Assembly (NCBI GenBank): GCA_963837955.1 | Contig: CAWIPH010000002.1 | Coordinates: 416,001-480,000 of the forward strand | From: an uncultured Verrucomicrobiae bacterium | GTDB lineage: Bacteria > Verrucomicrobiota > Verrucomicrobiia > Chthoniobacterales > JAFAMB01 | Length of the DNA stretch: 64,000 bases | Direction: 5' to 3' | In this document: in pieces, positions 8,689 to 18,210 of the stretch | Layout of the letters: every line of letters starts with the position of its first letter | Position numbering within the stretch: position 1 is the stretch's first letter | The notes under the pieces: model-generated | What the model was told of the DNA's origin: nothing | Seen by the model: the letters and a program-made list of their open reading frames with translations, nothing else | Database searches by the model: none | Position numbers and translations under genes: made by a program

Positions 8689-10548
8689 TCAGCGCTCGCC
8701 TTCCTCTAAGAAGACGATCGTCTCGGGTTGATTGAGCGAAAACTCTTTTTTCTTTGGATCATATAAACCGGGTTGTTCGCCGCCGTAGATCGGTTGGTTC
8801 GAGGAAATCGCAAATTGCCAACCGGAGCCTTTTCGCGGACGTAACACGACGGCTTCCGCACCGACAATCGTTTGGGTCGAGACCAGTTGGATCAGCACAA
8901 GAGCCGCGCCGCTCCCGGGGACAGAATGGTACCTGAGTGCCAGGGTAAACGGAGCGACGAGCTCGACCTGCCAAGTGCCTCGACGACGTTCCACTAACTT
9001 GGTCCGACGAAACCGGATGAGGTCTTGATACAGACGCAGAAGCCAAGCCTTTTCCGGACTTGTTACTTCGCTCCAGACGAGTTTGGACTTGAGAAAGGTT
9101 TCTTTCGCTTGAGGATCGGGAATCCTCTGTCGGCTTTCGGGATCCCGAAACGCGGAAAACTGCTTGAACTCTTTTCGCCTTCCTTCGGTAATATTGTGCC
9201 CTAGTTGGGGCTCATGATCGGTAAAGTAGCAAAATGGGGATGAGCATCCCCATTCTTGCCCCATGAAAAGCATCGGAGTGTAGGGCGACAGAAGGAGCAG
9301 AGCCGACGCTGATCGATAAGCCTCCGGACTAACAATTTGATGTAGCCGATCTCCAAACGCTCGATTACCCACCTGGTCGTGGTTCGAAATACAATGCACG
9401 AAATGTTGGGGCTCGATCTGTGCCCCGGGCGTTCCCCGAGGGATTCCATCCTTTTGGATCTGCCCGGTAAACAGCCAGCCTTCTCGCATGGTCCGGAGAA
9501 GTTCTTCCGGCGTGCCCTCGAAGTAACCGATATAACCCTCATCTTCGCCCGTCAGCTGTACGCGAACCACATGATGGAAATCGTCGGCCCACACCGCGTC
9601 GCAGCCGTACCCGCCCTTTTCTCTCGGGGTTACGATTAGTCGCTCATTGCGTGGATCCTCACAGATTACGACACCGCCGCGTTTTTGTGTTTCTTCGGTG
9701 ATTTCCTGGATCAAGTGTTTGCTGGACTCATCCGGAATGGCGTGAGTGGCATCCAGGCGAAAACCGTCAAAATGAAATTCTTCCAGCCAATAAATCGCGT
9801 TTTCGATAAAGAGCCGGCGAACGACGCCAGAGTCAATCTCGTCAAAATTGAATGCCGCACCCCAAGGTGTGTGATGCGTGGAATTGTAATAGTTCGGCGA
9901 GTAGTCGCCGAGATAGTTTCCGTCTGGGCCGAGGTGGTTGTAGACGGCATCCAAGACAACCGATAGTCCAGCTTGATGTGCTGCGTTTATCAAGTAACGG
10001 AGATCGTCGGGCGTGCCGTACGAATGACACGGGGCGTAAAGGGCTACTCCATCGTACCCCCAGTTCCTGGTTCCCGGAAAATCTGCGATCGGCATCAGCT
10101 CGACAACAGTAATGCCGAGTCGAATCAGATGATCGAAATGATCGATGATCGCAAGGTAGCTGCCTAGTGACGTGAACGTGCCGACATGCAATTCATAGAT
10201 GACCCAATCGTTGATATCGGGGCGACGCCATCCTTGGTCTGTCCAATGAAAAGTTGAGGGATCGATAATCTGAGAAGGACCGTGCACGCCGAGCGGCTGG
10301 AATCGGGAGGCAGGATCAGGAAATAGGCGACCGTCCAGCCGGTACTGATACAACATCCCGGCCGAGGCTTCTCCGGTTTCTAGCAGATAGTAGCCATCCG
10401 CGTCTTTAGTCATCGGTAGCGTTCTTAACAGATTAGCCCGGTCATCCATCAGGACGACTTCGACCATCGATTTATTAATCGCCCAAGTCCGGAATGAAAC
10501 GCCGCTTCCGATCAACTCAGCGCCTTGCGAGTAGGTCCTATTTTTCAT
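8689..10548 (-). CDS. treZ: Malto-oligosyltrehalose trehalohydrolase
   Basis: Motifs PDPASRFQP.GVHGPS, YELHVGTF, RNWGYDG, RLDATHAI, NHDQVGNR. Confidence 0.96.
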   Translation of the reverse strand: MKNRTYSQGAELIGSGVSFRTWAINKSMVEVVLMDDRANLLRTLPMTKDADGYYLLETGEASAGMLYQYRLDGRLFPDPASRFQPLGVHGPSQIIDPSTFHWTDQGWRRPDINDWVIYELHVGTFTSLGSYLAIIDHFDHLIRLGITVVELMPIADFPGTRNWGYDGVALYAPCHSYGTPDDLRYLINAAHQAGLSVVLDAVYNHLGPDGNYLGDYSPNYYNSTHHTPWGAAFNFDEIDSGVVRRLFIENAIYWLEEFHFDGFRLDATHAIPDESSKHLIQEITEETQKRGGVVICEDPRNERLIVTPREKGGYGCDAVWADDFHHVVRVQLTGEDEGYIGYFEGTPEELLRTMREGWLFTGQIQKDGIPRGTPGAQIEPQHFVHCISNHDQVGNRAFGDRLHQIVSPEAYRSASALLLLSPYTPMLFMGQEWGCSSPFCYFTDHEPQLGHNITEGRRKEFKQFSAFRDPESRQRIPDPQAKETFLKSKLVWSEVTSPEKAWLLRLYQDLIRFRRTKLVERRRGTWQVELVAPFTLALRYHSVPGSGAALVLIQLVSTQTIVGAEAVVLRPRKGSGWQFAISSNQPIYGGEQPGLYDPKKKEFSLNQPETIVFLEEGER

Positions 10549-10554
10549 CTACTT

Positions 10555-12774
10555 TTATGTTTCCCGTTTAGTCGGAATCTTGGATGGCATCTTGCCCTCT
10601 CGCGTACTCTTCGATTCCTCATGTGCAAATGGTTCTGCACCTTCTGAAAGCCTCAGCAGACGTAGACTACGCTCGGTCAACTCAATTTCTTCACTTGCCG
10701 GAGTGATTTCGCCTTCCTCCACAAATCCAGTCGGCACGGTCGTATTGATGACAGTCTGCCACCGAATTTCGTCGCGACCGGGCAATATGAAGGTCAACGG
10801 TTCATAGTGAGCATTCAATAGGAGCAGAAAGGTATCATCCTGCACCGGCTCTCCTTCCACATCGCGGACGTCCCGAGTTGAGCCGCTGACGAGCATGCCA
10901 AGACATTTAGCGAACCCATTGGTCCAATCTGCCTCCGTCATTTCTGCACCGTTCGGGTTGAACCAGGTGATATCTTTCACATCTGACCCGCGGATTCTTT
11001 TTCCGGCGAAATATTTGGGGCGTCGAAAGACGGCATGGTCTCGCCGAAATTCAGTGAGCTTGCGGGTAAACTCAAAAAGCGTTTCCTGCTCCGGAGTCCA
11101 CTTCCAGTTGAACCACGATATTTCGTTGTCTTGGCAATAGGCATTATTGTTGCCTTGCTGAGTTCGGCTAAACTCATCGCCCCCATTGATCATTGGGACT
11201 CCTTGCGACAGTAGAAGTGTCGCTAAGAAATTTCGTTTTTGACGCTCGCGCAGATCTTTTATTTTTGGATCATCGGTTGGCCCTTCGACGCCGCAGTTCC
11301 ATGAGTTGTTATTATTGTCGCCGTCCCGGTTTCCTTCGCCGTTGGCTTCGTTATGTTTGTCATTGTAGCTCACGAGATCATTCAGCGTAAAACCGTCGTG
11401 CGCCGTGACGAAGTTGATGCTCGCGTACGGTCTTTTTCCTTGATGTTCGTACAGATCAGGGCTTCCGGTGATGCGATAACCTAGCTCAGCTAGAGTCCCG
11501 TCGTCCCCTTTCCAATATCGGCGCACGCAGTCCCGATATTTGCCGTTCCACTCGGACCAAGGGATCGGAAATCCGCCTACCATGTATCCCCCTTCGCCGA
11601 GATCCCAAGGTTCGCTGATGAGTTTTACTTGGGATAAGAGCGGGTCCTGAAGAAGGATGTCGAAGAAGCCCGCGTTCCGCGAGAAAAGATGCTCTTCGCG
11701 TCCCAAGGTCGTGGCGAGGTCGAAACGAAAACCGTCAACGTGCATTTCGCTCACCCAGTAACGTAAGCTGTCCATGATGAGCTGCAAAATGCGGGCATTT
11801 TGAGTGTTGGGTGTGTTACCGCAGCCGGTATAATCCATGTAGTAGCGCGGGTTTCCGCTGACCAACCGGTAGTAGGCCGCATTATCAATTCCTTTGAAGC
11901 TGAGGGTCGGACCCAGATGATTGCCTTCGGCAGTGTGGTTGTAAACGACGTCGAGAATCAACTCGATCCCAGCCCGGTGGAGCTCTCGCACCATCGACTT
12001 AAACTCGTTCACCTGTTCACCCGTTACTCCCTGGCTGGAATAGCTGCTTTCCGGAGCGAAAAATCCGAGAGTGTTGTATCCCCAATAATTTGTGACCCCA
12101 CGATCCAACAGAAAGCCTTCGTCACAATGCTCATGAACGGGTAGCAACTCGACCGCTGTCACACCTAGCTTTTTCAGGTAGCTGATCGCAGCCGGCGAAG
12201 AAATACCGGAGTAGCTTCCGCGGGCTTCTTTAGGAACCGCCTCCCACAGTTTCGTGAATCCGACCACGTGCACCTCGTAAATAACGGAGTTCGCCAGCGG
12301 GATGCGCAGAGGTTTGTCGTCCTTCCAATCAAACGCTGGTTCAGTGACCACACATTTCGGCATCTGTGCGACATCATCCTGATAATCGCGCTTCAGATCT
12401 TCCGCAGGGTTGCCTAGGGGGTAAGCGAACACTTCGGGCCCCCAGATTACTTTTCCGGCAATTGCCGTGGCGTACGGGTCAACCACGACCTTGGAAGCAT
12501 TAAAACGGTGACCTTCCTGGGGAGCGTACGGTCCATAAACTCGGTAGCTGTAAAGTTGGCCGGGTCGAGCGTCCGGGAGAAATGCATGCCAAACATGATC
12601 GGTCTTTTCCCGTAAACGGATTCGGATATTCTCCCGGTCCGCATCTGGTTCATCGAAGAGGCAGAGATCTATTCCCGTGGCGTTTTCGGAGTAGATAGCG
12701 AAGTTGACACCGATTCCGGTCCACGTTGCTCCGAGGGGGTAAGGTACCCCAGTCCAGACCCGCATCTTGATCAT
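10555..12774 (-). CDS. glgX: Glycogen debranching enzyme (GlgX/TreX)
   Basis: Motifs PYPLGAT, NYWGYNT, DGFRFDLA, AHDGFTL, NNNAYCQDN. Start taken as ATG 12774. Confidence 0.96.
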   Translation of the reverse strand: MIKMRVWTGVPYPLGATWTGIGVNFAIYSENATGIDLCLFDEPDADRENIRIRLREKTDHVWHAFLPDARPGQLYSYRVYGPYAPQEGHRFNASKVVVDPYATAIAGKVIWGPEVFAYPLGNPAEDLKRDYQDDVAQMPKCVVTEPAFDWKDDKPLRIPLANSVIYEVHVVGFTKLWEAVPKEARGSYSGISSPAAISYLKKLGVTAVELLPVHEHCDEGFLLDRGVTNYWGYNTLGFFAPESSYSSQGVTGEQVNEFKSMVRELHRAGIELILDVVYNHTAEGNHLGPTLSFKGIDNAAYYRLVSGNPRYYMDYTGCGNTPNTQNARILQLIMDSLRYWVSEMHVDGFRFDLATTLGREEHLFSRNAGFFDILLQDPLLSQVKLISEPWDLGEGGYMVGGFPIPWSEWNGKYRDCVRRYWKGDDGTLAELGYRITGSPDLYEHQGKRPYASINFVTAHDGFTLNDLVSYNDKHNEANGEGNRDGDNNNNSWNCGVEGPTDDPKIKDLRERQKRNFLATLLLSQGVPMINGGDEFSRTQQGNNNAYCQDNEISWFNWKWTPEQETLFEFTRKLTEFRRDHAVFRRPKYFAGKRIRGSDVKDITWFNPNGAEMTEADWTNGFAKCLGMLVSGSTRDVRDVEGEPVQDDTFLLLLNAHYEPLTFILPGRDEIRWQTVINTTVPTGFVEEGEITPASEEIELTERSLRLLRLSEGAEPFAHEESKSTREGKMPSKIPTKRET

Positions 12775-13032
12775 ACTCACCGTACCCGTTACGGAGGACC
12801 TATGGCTTGTCGACAAGAAAAGAGTCCGCTCTGGGCGGGAACCCGCGATCTCTGGGTCCGAATATCCGTATTCCGTAGCGGCGACCGTTCACTTAGGTCC
12901 CTGATCCAGATGGGTTTACCAGGCTTGCGCGAAGCAATCGGCCCGCCCGGTCCCAAAGGGCAGTGGCCGTCTTTTGCGCCTGGGCCCCCCATGCGCGTTA
13001 ACATAAGAAGAAGGATATGCGCCGAGAGGGTC

Positions 13033-13259
13033 GTCCCGGAGGGACTCAATGAAAGTAGCCCAGTACGAAGTGCTGGGAAATAGTGCAAAAGAGACGTCCG
13101 TCCCGGACGGGACGAAAGAAGTATTTTTGGCTCCTGGTCCTCTCGTATGCAGCTCAGCAGCGTCACCAACCGTCGATCGTCCCGTTCGGGACGGGTCGTT
13201 TTTTTGAACCCTACCCCAGCACTTTGTACTGGGCTACTTTCATTGAGTCCCTCTGGGAC
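13033..13259. repeat. REPIN-like nested inverted-repeat element, copy 1
   Basis: 45-bp arms 13033-13077 and 13215-13259 differ at 2 positions; inner CGTCCC...GGGACG palindromes. Confidence 0.9.
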
Positions 13260-13391
13260 CTATCCGCTGCGTTACTTCTGAGCCCTCTGTTGCCGCGCAT
13301 GCGCGGCGGCCCACCCGCTCGCGAAATAGGCAGGCTGCGGACAAATCGCTGGCTCAATCACTCGAAACCGCTTTAGTCATATCGCTTTAAC

Positions 13392-14783
13392 ATGGAGAAG
13401 AATGAACAGCTCGTAGAAAGCAAGATGAAGGAGGCTGGTATCAGCGCTGCTGCCATCGATGCTTTTCTCTTTCAATACCGTAAGCTGCTCCGGCATGACA
13501 CTGGATTGATTTCGGAAGACTCTATTTCGCCGGTAGGACAACTGCCGCGCTCGGATGATTTCCCTCGGTCCAGCGTTCCTAAGGAACTGTTGGCCGCGAC
13601 CGGTATCTGCAAACTGAACGGAGGTCTGGGGACCAGCATGGGACTGGAACGAGCAAAGAGTCTGCTACAGGTTCGTCCAGGCCTCACTTTTTTGGATGTA
13701 ATTGTTCGTCAGTTTCTGCAGACGCGTTCGGAGCATTCGACTGAGCTTGGACTTTTTTTCATGAACAGCTTCAACACAAGCGCGGACACCAAGAACGCGC
13801 TCGCTTGCTACCCGGAACTGGGTGGCCCCGGAACCATGGAGCTCCTGCAAAGCAAGGCGCCAAAGATCGATGCTCAGACATTGTCGCCCGCCGCTTGGCC
13901 AAAAAATCCGCAATTGGAATGGTGTCCACCAGGACATGGAGACATTTACCCGTCTCTGCTCGGCTCAGGTCTCTTGAAATCGCTGTTGGACGAGGGCAAG
14001 AAATTTTTGTTTGTTTCGAATTCCGATAATCTCGGAGCAACGCTTGATTTACGCATCTTGCAGTATTTCGCAGATTCTGGAGCCTCTTTCCTGATGGAAG
14101 TGACCCGCAGAACCGCTGCCGATCGCAAAGGAGGCCACCTGGCAAGAAGGAATCGAGATGGACGCCTGCTTCTGCGTGAGTCCGCGCAATGCCACCAAGA
14201 GGACGAAGCTGCATTCCAGAATATCGAGCGGCACAGATTTTTTAACACGAATAACCTTTGGATCCACTTAGAAGCTCTTCGAGACGCGCTCGCTGTCTGC
14301 AACGGATTTATACCGTTACCGATGATTCGGAATCAAAAAAATATCGATCCGCGAGACAAAACCTCGCCAAAGGTATATCAACTCGAAACCGCAATGGGCG
14401 CTGCGATCGAATGCTTTGCCGGCGCAGGGGCGATTGAAGTGCCTCGATCGCGCTTTGCACCGGTCAAGACTACCGGAGACTTGTTAGCGGTCCGCTCCGA
14501 TGCCTACGAGCTGGATGCTCAATGGCGTTTGCAGGTTCGACCTGAGCGACGAGGACAGCCACCGGTCATCCATTTATCGGAAGAATATAAATTAGTCGAT
14601 CACCTCGAGAAATTAGTGGCGGAAGGAGTGCCTTCCCTAAACCGTTGTCGCTCGCTCAAAATCGAGGGTCGTTGGAAATTCCACCCGGGCGTCGAATTAG
14701 TCGGAGACGTTTCTTTCGTGAACCATGATGCCGAGACCCGCTGGATTGAGTCGGGCACGTACGCCGATCGCGAGGTGAGGTAA
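13392..14783 (+). CDS. UTP--glucose-1-phosphate uridylyltransferase, eukaryote-type (UDPGP family)
   Basis: Motifs KLNGGLGTSMGL..AKSLL, MNSFNT, EWCPPGHGD, SNSDNLGA, FNTNNLW, QLETAMG, RFAPVK. Confidence 0.93.
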   Translation: MEKNEQLVESKMKEAGISAAAIDAFLFQYRKLLRHDTGLISEDSISPVGQLPRSDDFPRSSVPKELLAATGICKLNGGLGTSMGLERAKSLLQVRPGLTFLDVIVRQFLQTRSEHSTELGLFFMNSFNTSADTKNALACYPELGGPGTMELLQSKAPKIDAQTLSPAAWPKNPQLEWCPPGHGDIYPSLLGSGLLKSLLDEGKKFLFVSNSDNLGATLDLRILQYFADSGASFLMEVTRRTAADRKGGHLARRNRDGRLLLRESAQCHQEDEAAFQNIERHRFFNTNNLWIHLEALRDALAVCNGFIPLPMIRNQKNIDPRDKTSPKVYQLETAMGAAIECFAGAGAIEVPRSRFAPVKTTGDLLAVRSDAYELDAQWRLQVRPERRGQPPVIHLSEEYKLVDHLEKLVAEGVPSLNRCRSLKIEGRWKFHPGVELVGDVSFVNHDAETRWIESGTYADREVR

Positions 14784-14985
14784 GGCTTCATCGCAATCGT
14801 CCTCGGATGAGTGGAAAGAAGTATGTCGAAGGACGCGATCGAAGTGCATATCCGGCATTACCGCGTGCGCGATGGTGCATCAGCAGCAACACAGAAAATC
14901 GACGACGACGAGCACGATTGTGGTTGCGGCTCAGCCTCGCTGCGATCTTCCCAATCTTCGGCGCTAAACAGCTCGATTCGTCCAT

Positions 14986-15876
14986 ATGGCACCGATCATA
15001 GATAGCCATATTCACATGTATCCGTCGGAGGTCTTTGCTGATCCAATTTCTTGGGGCATGTCTCGGCGTGAGAACTGGTGGATCAAAGCGGTGGCACCGA
15101 CCGGGCGTAGGACGATACAGGGATGGGCGGATATTTCGCGCCTTCTAGCCGATATGGATAGAGCCGGCATCGAGCGTTGCGTGATGCTGGGCTGGTATTG
15201 GGAGCATCAGTCTACCTGTGACGAACAAAACGCTTGGTTTATCGACTGGGTGCGCGAACATCCGGACCGGCTATCGGGGTTCGCCACCGTCCAGCCCAGA
15301 GAGGGTCGGCAAGCGGTCGATGCTCTCCAACGTGCCTTGGATTCCGGTTTGTGCGGGATTGGAGAGATCTTACCGCAGGCCCAAGGATTCACTTTCGATG
15401 ATCCGCATTGGCAACGGGTTATCGGGATCGCTATCGAACGGAATTTGCCGATCAACCTCCATGTCACCGATCCTCTCGCGATCAGTGACGCGGTCACCAT
15501 GCCGACGCCGTTGCCGGACTACTTGCGGCTCGTCCAGCAGTTTCCGGCGGCCAAGTTCATCTTCGCGCACTGGGGTGGCGGGATTCCATTTTATGAGTTG
15601 AATCCGCGAGTTCGACCGTATTTGAAGAATGTCTGTTACGACACGGCGGCTTCTCCCTTGCTCTACGATCCGCGAATTTTTCGGCAAGTTATCGATTTGG
15701 TTGGCGCCGATCGGATCCTTTTCGGATCTGATTATCCTTTGCTGCTTTATCCGAGCCAGACGCGGGAACCGGCTTTCGATCGGTTTCTGAAAGAGATTGC
15801 GGCTGCCGATCTGAACGACGAAGAAAAGGACAAGATTTTGGGAGGCAACTTTGCCCGCTTCCTCGGCACGGTTTGA
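14986..15876 (+). CDS. Amidohydrolase family protein (Amidohydro_2)
   Basis: Motifs IIDSHIH, GIGE, AHWGGG, YDTAA, ILFGSDYP, ILGGN. Confidence 0.9.
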   Translation: MAPIIDSHIHMYPSEVFADPISWGMSRRENWWIKAVAPTGRRTIQGWADISRLLADMDRAGIERCVMLGWYWEHQSTCDEQNAWFIDWVREHPDRLSGFATVQPREGRQAVDALQRALDSGLCGIGEILPQAQGFTFDDPHWQRVIGIAIERNLPINLHVTDPLAISDAVTMPTPLPDYLRLVQQFPAAKFIFAHWGGGIPFYELNPRVRPYLKNVCYDTAASPLLYDPRIFRQVIDLVGADRILFGSDYPLLLYPSQTREPAFDRFLKEIAAADLNDEEKDKILGGNFARFLGTV

Positions 15877-15973
15877 GCGGCGCGGCTCAAATAGATTTTT
15901 TGCGCTCCCACTCAGGGCCTGCTTGACGAGGATGCAACGCCGACGGTAGGGCGAACATTTCGCGTGAGCCAAT

Positions 15974-16789
15974 CTAGAGTCGCAAGAAATCGCGGAGGAA
16001 CTGGAACCAGAGGTAAAACATCCCGCGCCAGGTGTAGCGGACTTGCTGGGTGCCAACAGGTTTTAGCAAACCGGATCTCACGTTGTGATCAATTTGGGCC
16101 CGAAGATCTTGCTCCAAAAGGTCACGAATCTGTTCCGGATCGAGCGGAAGTATGTCGCCGTCGCCAACTCTCTCTTTCTTCAACAAAGAGCGATGCGCTG
16201 CACACATTTCACTGGTTGACAGTGTCGACCGCACCCGGCGAACTCGAGTCTTGGGCGTGAATTTGAGTGAGTAAGCAAACGGGTAGTTCCACGTCACAAA
16301 GACCTGCCCATCGCGAGAACGAGTCATCAAACTGATATAGTAAAACGCCAGTTCGCGCTGGTTAACCAGACAGACCGCGGCTTGGACATTGTCCGAAGCT
16401 CGGTGGAACAGTCGCAGAAACTGCTCCTGTACGTCTGAGTCATAACCCACATCTTCAGCTAGCTGAAAATCCTCTTTTTCCATTTCGTCGGTCAAATCTT
16501 CCAAAAAAGGGAACAGATCAGTGCGGGGCGGTGTCTTCTCCCGAAAAGAACGATCAAGAGGGAGGCGCATTCGACGGATTCGCGTCAAAATTTCCAGCCA
16601 AGGTAAAAGGAACCACAAAGAGACCGCCGCCAATCCTAGAGACCAACTTCCGGTCGGTAAGTATCCAATGAGAAATGAGGCCGATACAAAGCAGGTAACG
16701 CTCAGTCGCTGGCAAATCGGACCGTGGTAGGTGCGGAATGCTGCACCCAACACGACAACGCCAAGGATTAACAAAATTGAAGAAAACAT
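15974..16789 (-). CDS. Hypothetical membrane protein
   Basis: 271 aa with three N-terminal hydrophobic segments; co-oriented with the upstream genes. Confidence 0.7.
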   Translation of the reverse strand: MFSSILLILGVVVLGAAFRTYHGPICQRLSVTCFVSASFLIGYLPTGSWSLGLAAVSLWFLLPWLEILTRIRRMRLPLDRSFREKTPPRTDLFPFLEDLTDEMEKEDFQLAEDVGYDSDVQEQFLRLFHRASDNVQAAVCLVNQRELAFYYISLMTRSRDGQVFVTWNYPFAYSLKFTPKTRVRRVRSTLSTSEMCAAHRSLLKKERVGDGDILPLDPEQIRDLLEQDLRAQIDHNVRSGLLKPVGTQQVRYTWRGMFYLWFQFLRDFLRL

Positions 16790-16819
16790 CGTAAAAGGAG
16801 GGGGCAGAGCGGGGGGAGT

Positions 16820-17074
16820 CTAAGGCATTATCTCGTGTTGTTGAAGAAATTCTTCCAGCTCTTCCGGGCCGAAATCCGCCAATATGAGATCCGCGACGAC
16901 CAAGGTGGGAGCGTAAGTCTGGCCCGAAAGTCGTTTCATCTCGGCGAACGCGGCTCGATCGCTGATTACGTCAATTGATTTATAGGCGTAGCCGTGTTCA
17001 CGCAAATAGTTCTCTGCTCTGCGACACCACCCGCAACCTGGTTTGACGTACAAAATCAACTCTTTCGGAATCAT
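16820..17074 (-). CDS. Glutaredoxin family protein
   Basis: LYVKPGCGWC (CxxC) and SGQTYAP (cis-Pro). Start overlaps the upstream stop. Confidence 0.9.
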   Translation of the reverse strand: MIPKELILYVKPGCGWCRRAENYLREHGYAYKSIDVISDRAAFAEMKRLSGQTYAPTLVVADLILADFGPEELEEFLQQHEIMP

Positions 17075-18201
17075 TAGCGCTGGTCGGTTATTTGTTTGGA
17101 GAGCATATAAAGGACGAGATAGCCGGCTTTCGCAAGTGCTTCCGATCCGAGATGATCTGCGGTGTCGTCCGCCGTTTGCAAAATGAGAGAATTGCCATCC
17201 AATAACGCGATGGCGGGAATGCCGGCCTCTTGAAACGGTACATGGTCGAGTAGGAGAGGTCGAGTTCCTGGTTCCAGTTTTAGACCGAGCGCTTCTGCGC
17301 CGCTCCGAAATTGTTCGATTAGGCCGGCATCGGAATTAGGCGGATAAGCAAGAGTCGCGTTGCGTTCTCCCAGATTCTCGAGGGAGATGGCCAATCGCAC
17401 GTCTTTCGCGCGCTGATTGATATGCAACGCCTGCGTGTAAAATCGGCTGCCAAAGAGTCCATCTTGCGGACCAATCTGGCGGAACGGCATATGCCCATCC
17501 AAAAAAAGAAGTTCGACGTGGGAGGCTAACCGCGGATCGATCGCAAGAGTCCGAGCAATCTCAATAAGAATCGCAGTGTTTGCGGCACCATCAGTAGCTC
17601 CAGGGTCGTTAGCGATGCCGAGGTCAACGGTATCAAAATGGGCCGCTACGATCAGGCGGGGAGCAATCACTGGAAGCCGGTCGGAGTGCGCGACCAGACT
17701 GCAAAACTCTATCTGGCGACCGGCCGGGGTCTGTTCACTAAATCGCTGTTCCTGCGCTTGCCATCCCGATCGCTTGAGCTCCCCGATGATATAGGGGCGG
17801 AGTTGATTTAGCGGTTCGGTGCCAGAGATTCTTTGACCGAAACGAAGAATGGCCTGCGCCGTATCCAGCGCCCGTTCGCCGTTGAAATCTTTCCAAATCG
17901 CGTTTCGGCGGGGCGGTAAGGGAGGACCTGGCGACGTCGCCGGTGTCTGGCCCGGTCCAGGAGATTGCTTCGATTCTTCTGTTTCGGACTTCTTTTCGCA
18001 TGAACAAAGAAACAAGCTCATAAACGCAACGAGCGCGAAAGCCTGTGCGCCAAGTTTGCGCGTCCGACGAAGCTCTTGCCGGCTGGACCATGGTGCACAA
18101 CTTAGCGAAGTCGGAAGCAGCTCCCCTCCGACATCGGGGGTAAGCTTGCTGTCAAGAAAGTCGCTCTGTCCAAGGCGCCGATGCGCAAAAAAAGGCCCCA
18201 T
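17074..18201 (-). CDS. M28 family peptidase (glutaminyl-cyclase-like), probable lipoprotein; start uncertain
   Basis: Motifs AAHFDT, GATDGA, FLDG, GLFGSR, DHVPF; lipobox-like LFLCSC. Confidence 0.8.
   Translation of the reverse strand: MGPFFAHRRLGQSDFLDSKLTPDVGGELLPTSLSCAPWSSRQELRRTRKLGAQAFALVAFMSLFLCSCEKKSETEESKQSPGPGQTPATSPGPPLPPRRNAIWKDFNGERALDTAQAILRFGQRISGTEPLNQLRPYIIGELKRSGWQAQEQRFSEQTPAGRQIEFCSLVAHSDRLPVIAPRLIVAAHFDTVDLGIANDPGATDGAANTAILIEIARTLAIDPRLASHVELLFLDGHMPFRQIGPQDGLFGSRFYTQALHINQRAKDVRLAISLENLGERNATLAYPPNSDAGLIEQFRSGAEALGLKLEPGTRPLLLDHVPFQEAGIPAIALLDGNSLILQTADDTADHLGSEALAKAGYLVLYMLSKQITDQR
18062..18115. repeat. GTCCGACGAAGC...GCGAAGTCGGA element, copy 2 (inside the 5' part of the M28 ORF)
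   Basis: Same ends as 5731-5775 and 22631-22686. Confidence 0.65.
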
Positions 18202-18210
18202 GATTCGGCG

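Noticed and set aside
12789..13376. ORFs of 93-126 aa between glgX and the UGPase
   Set aside because: They overlap the palindromic element and have no protein-like motifs.
14788..15015. Short ORFs between the UGPase and the amidohydrolase
   Set aside because: Three conflicting frames over a low-complexity GACGAC/GAGCAC tract; none is supported.
15370..16056. 228-aa antisense ORF and similar shadow ORFs (e.g. 23254-23874, 62626-63222)
   Set aside because: They lie opposite well-supported genes in GC-rich DNA and show no motifs.
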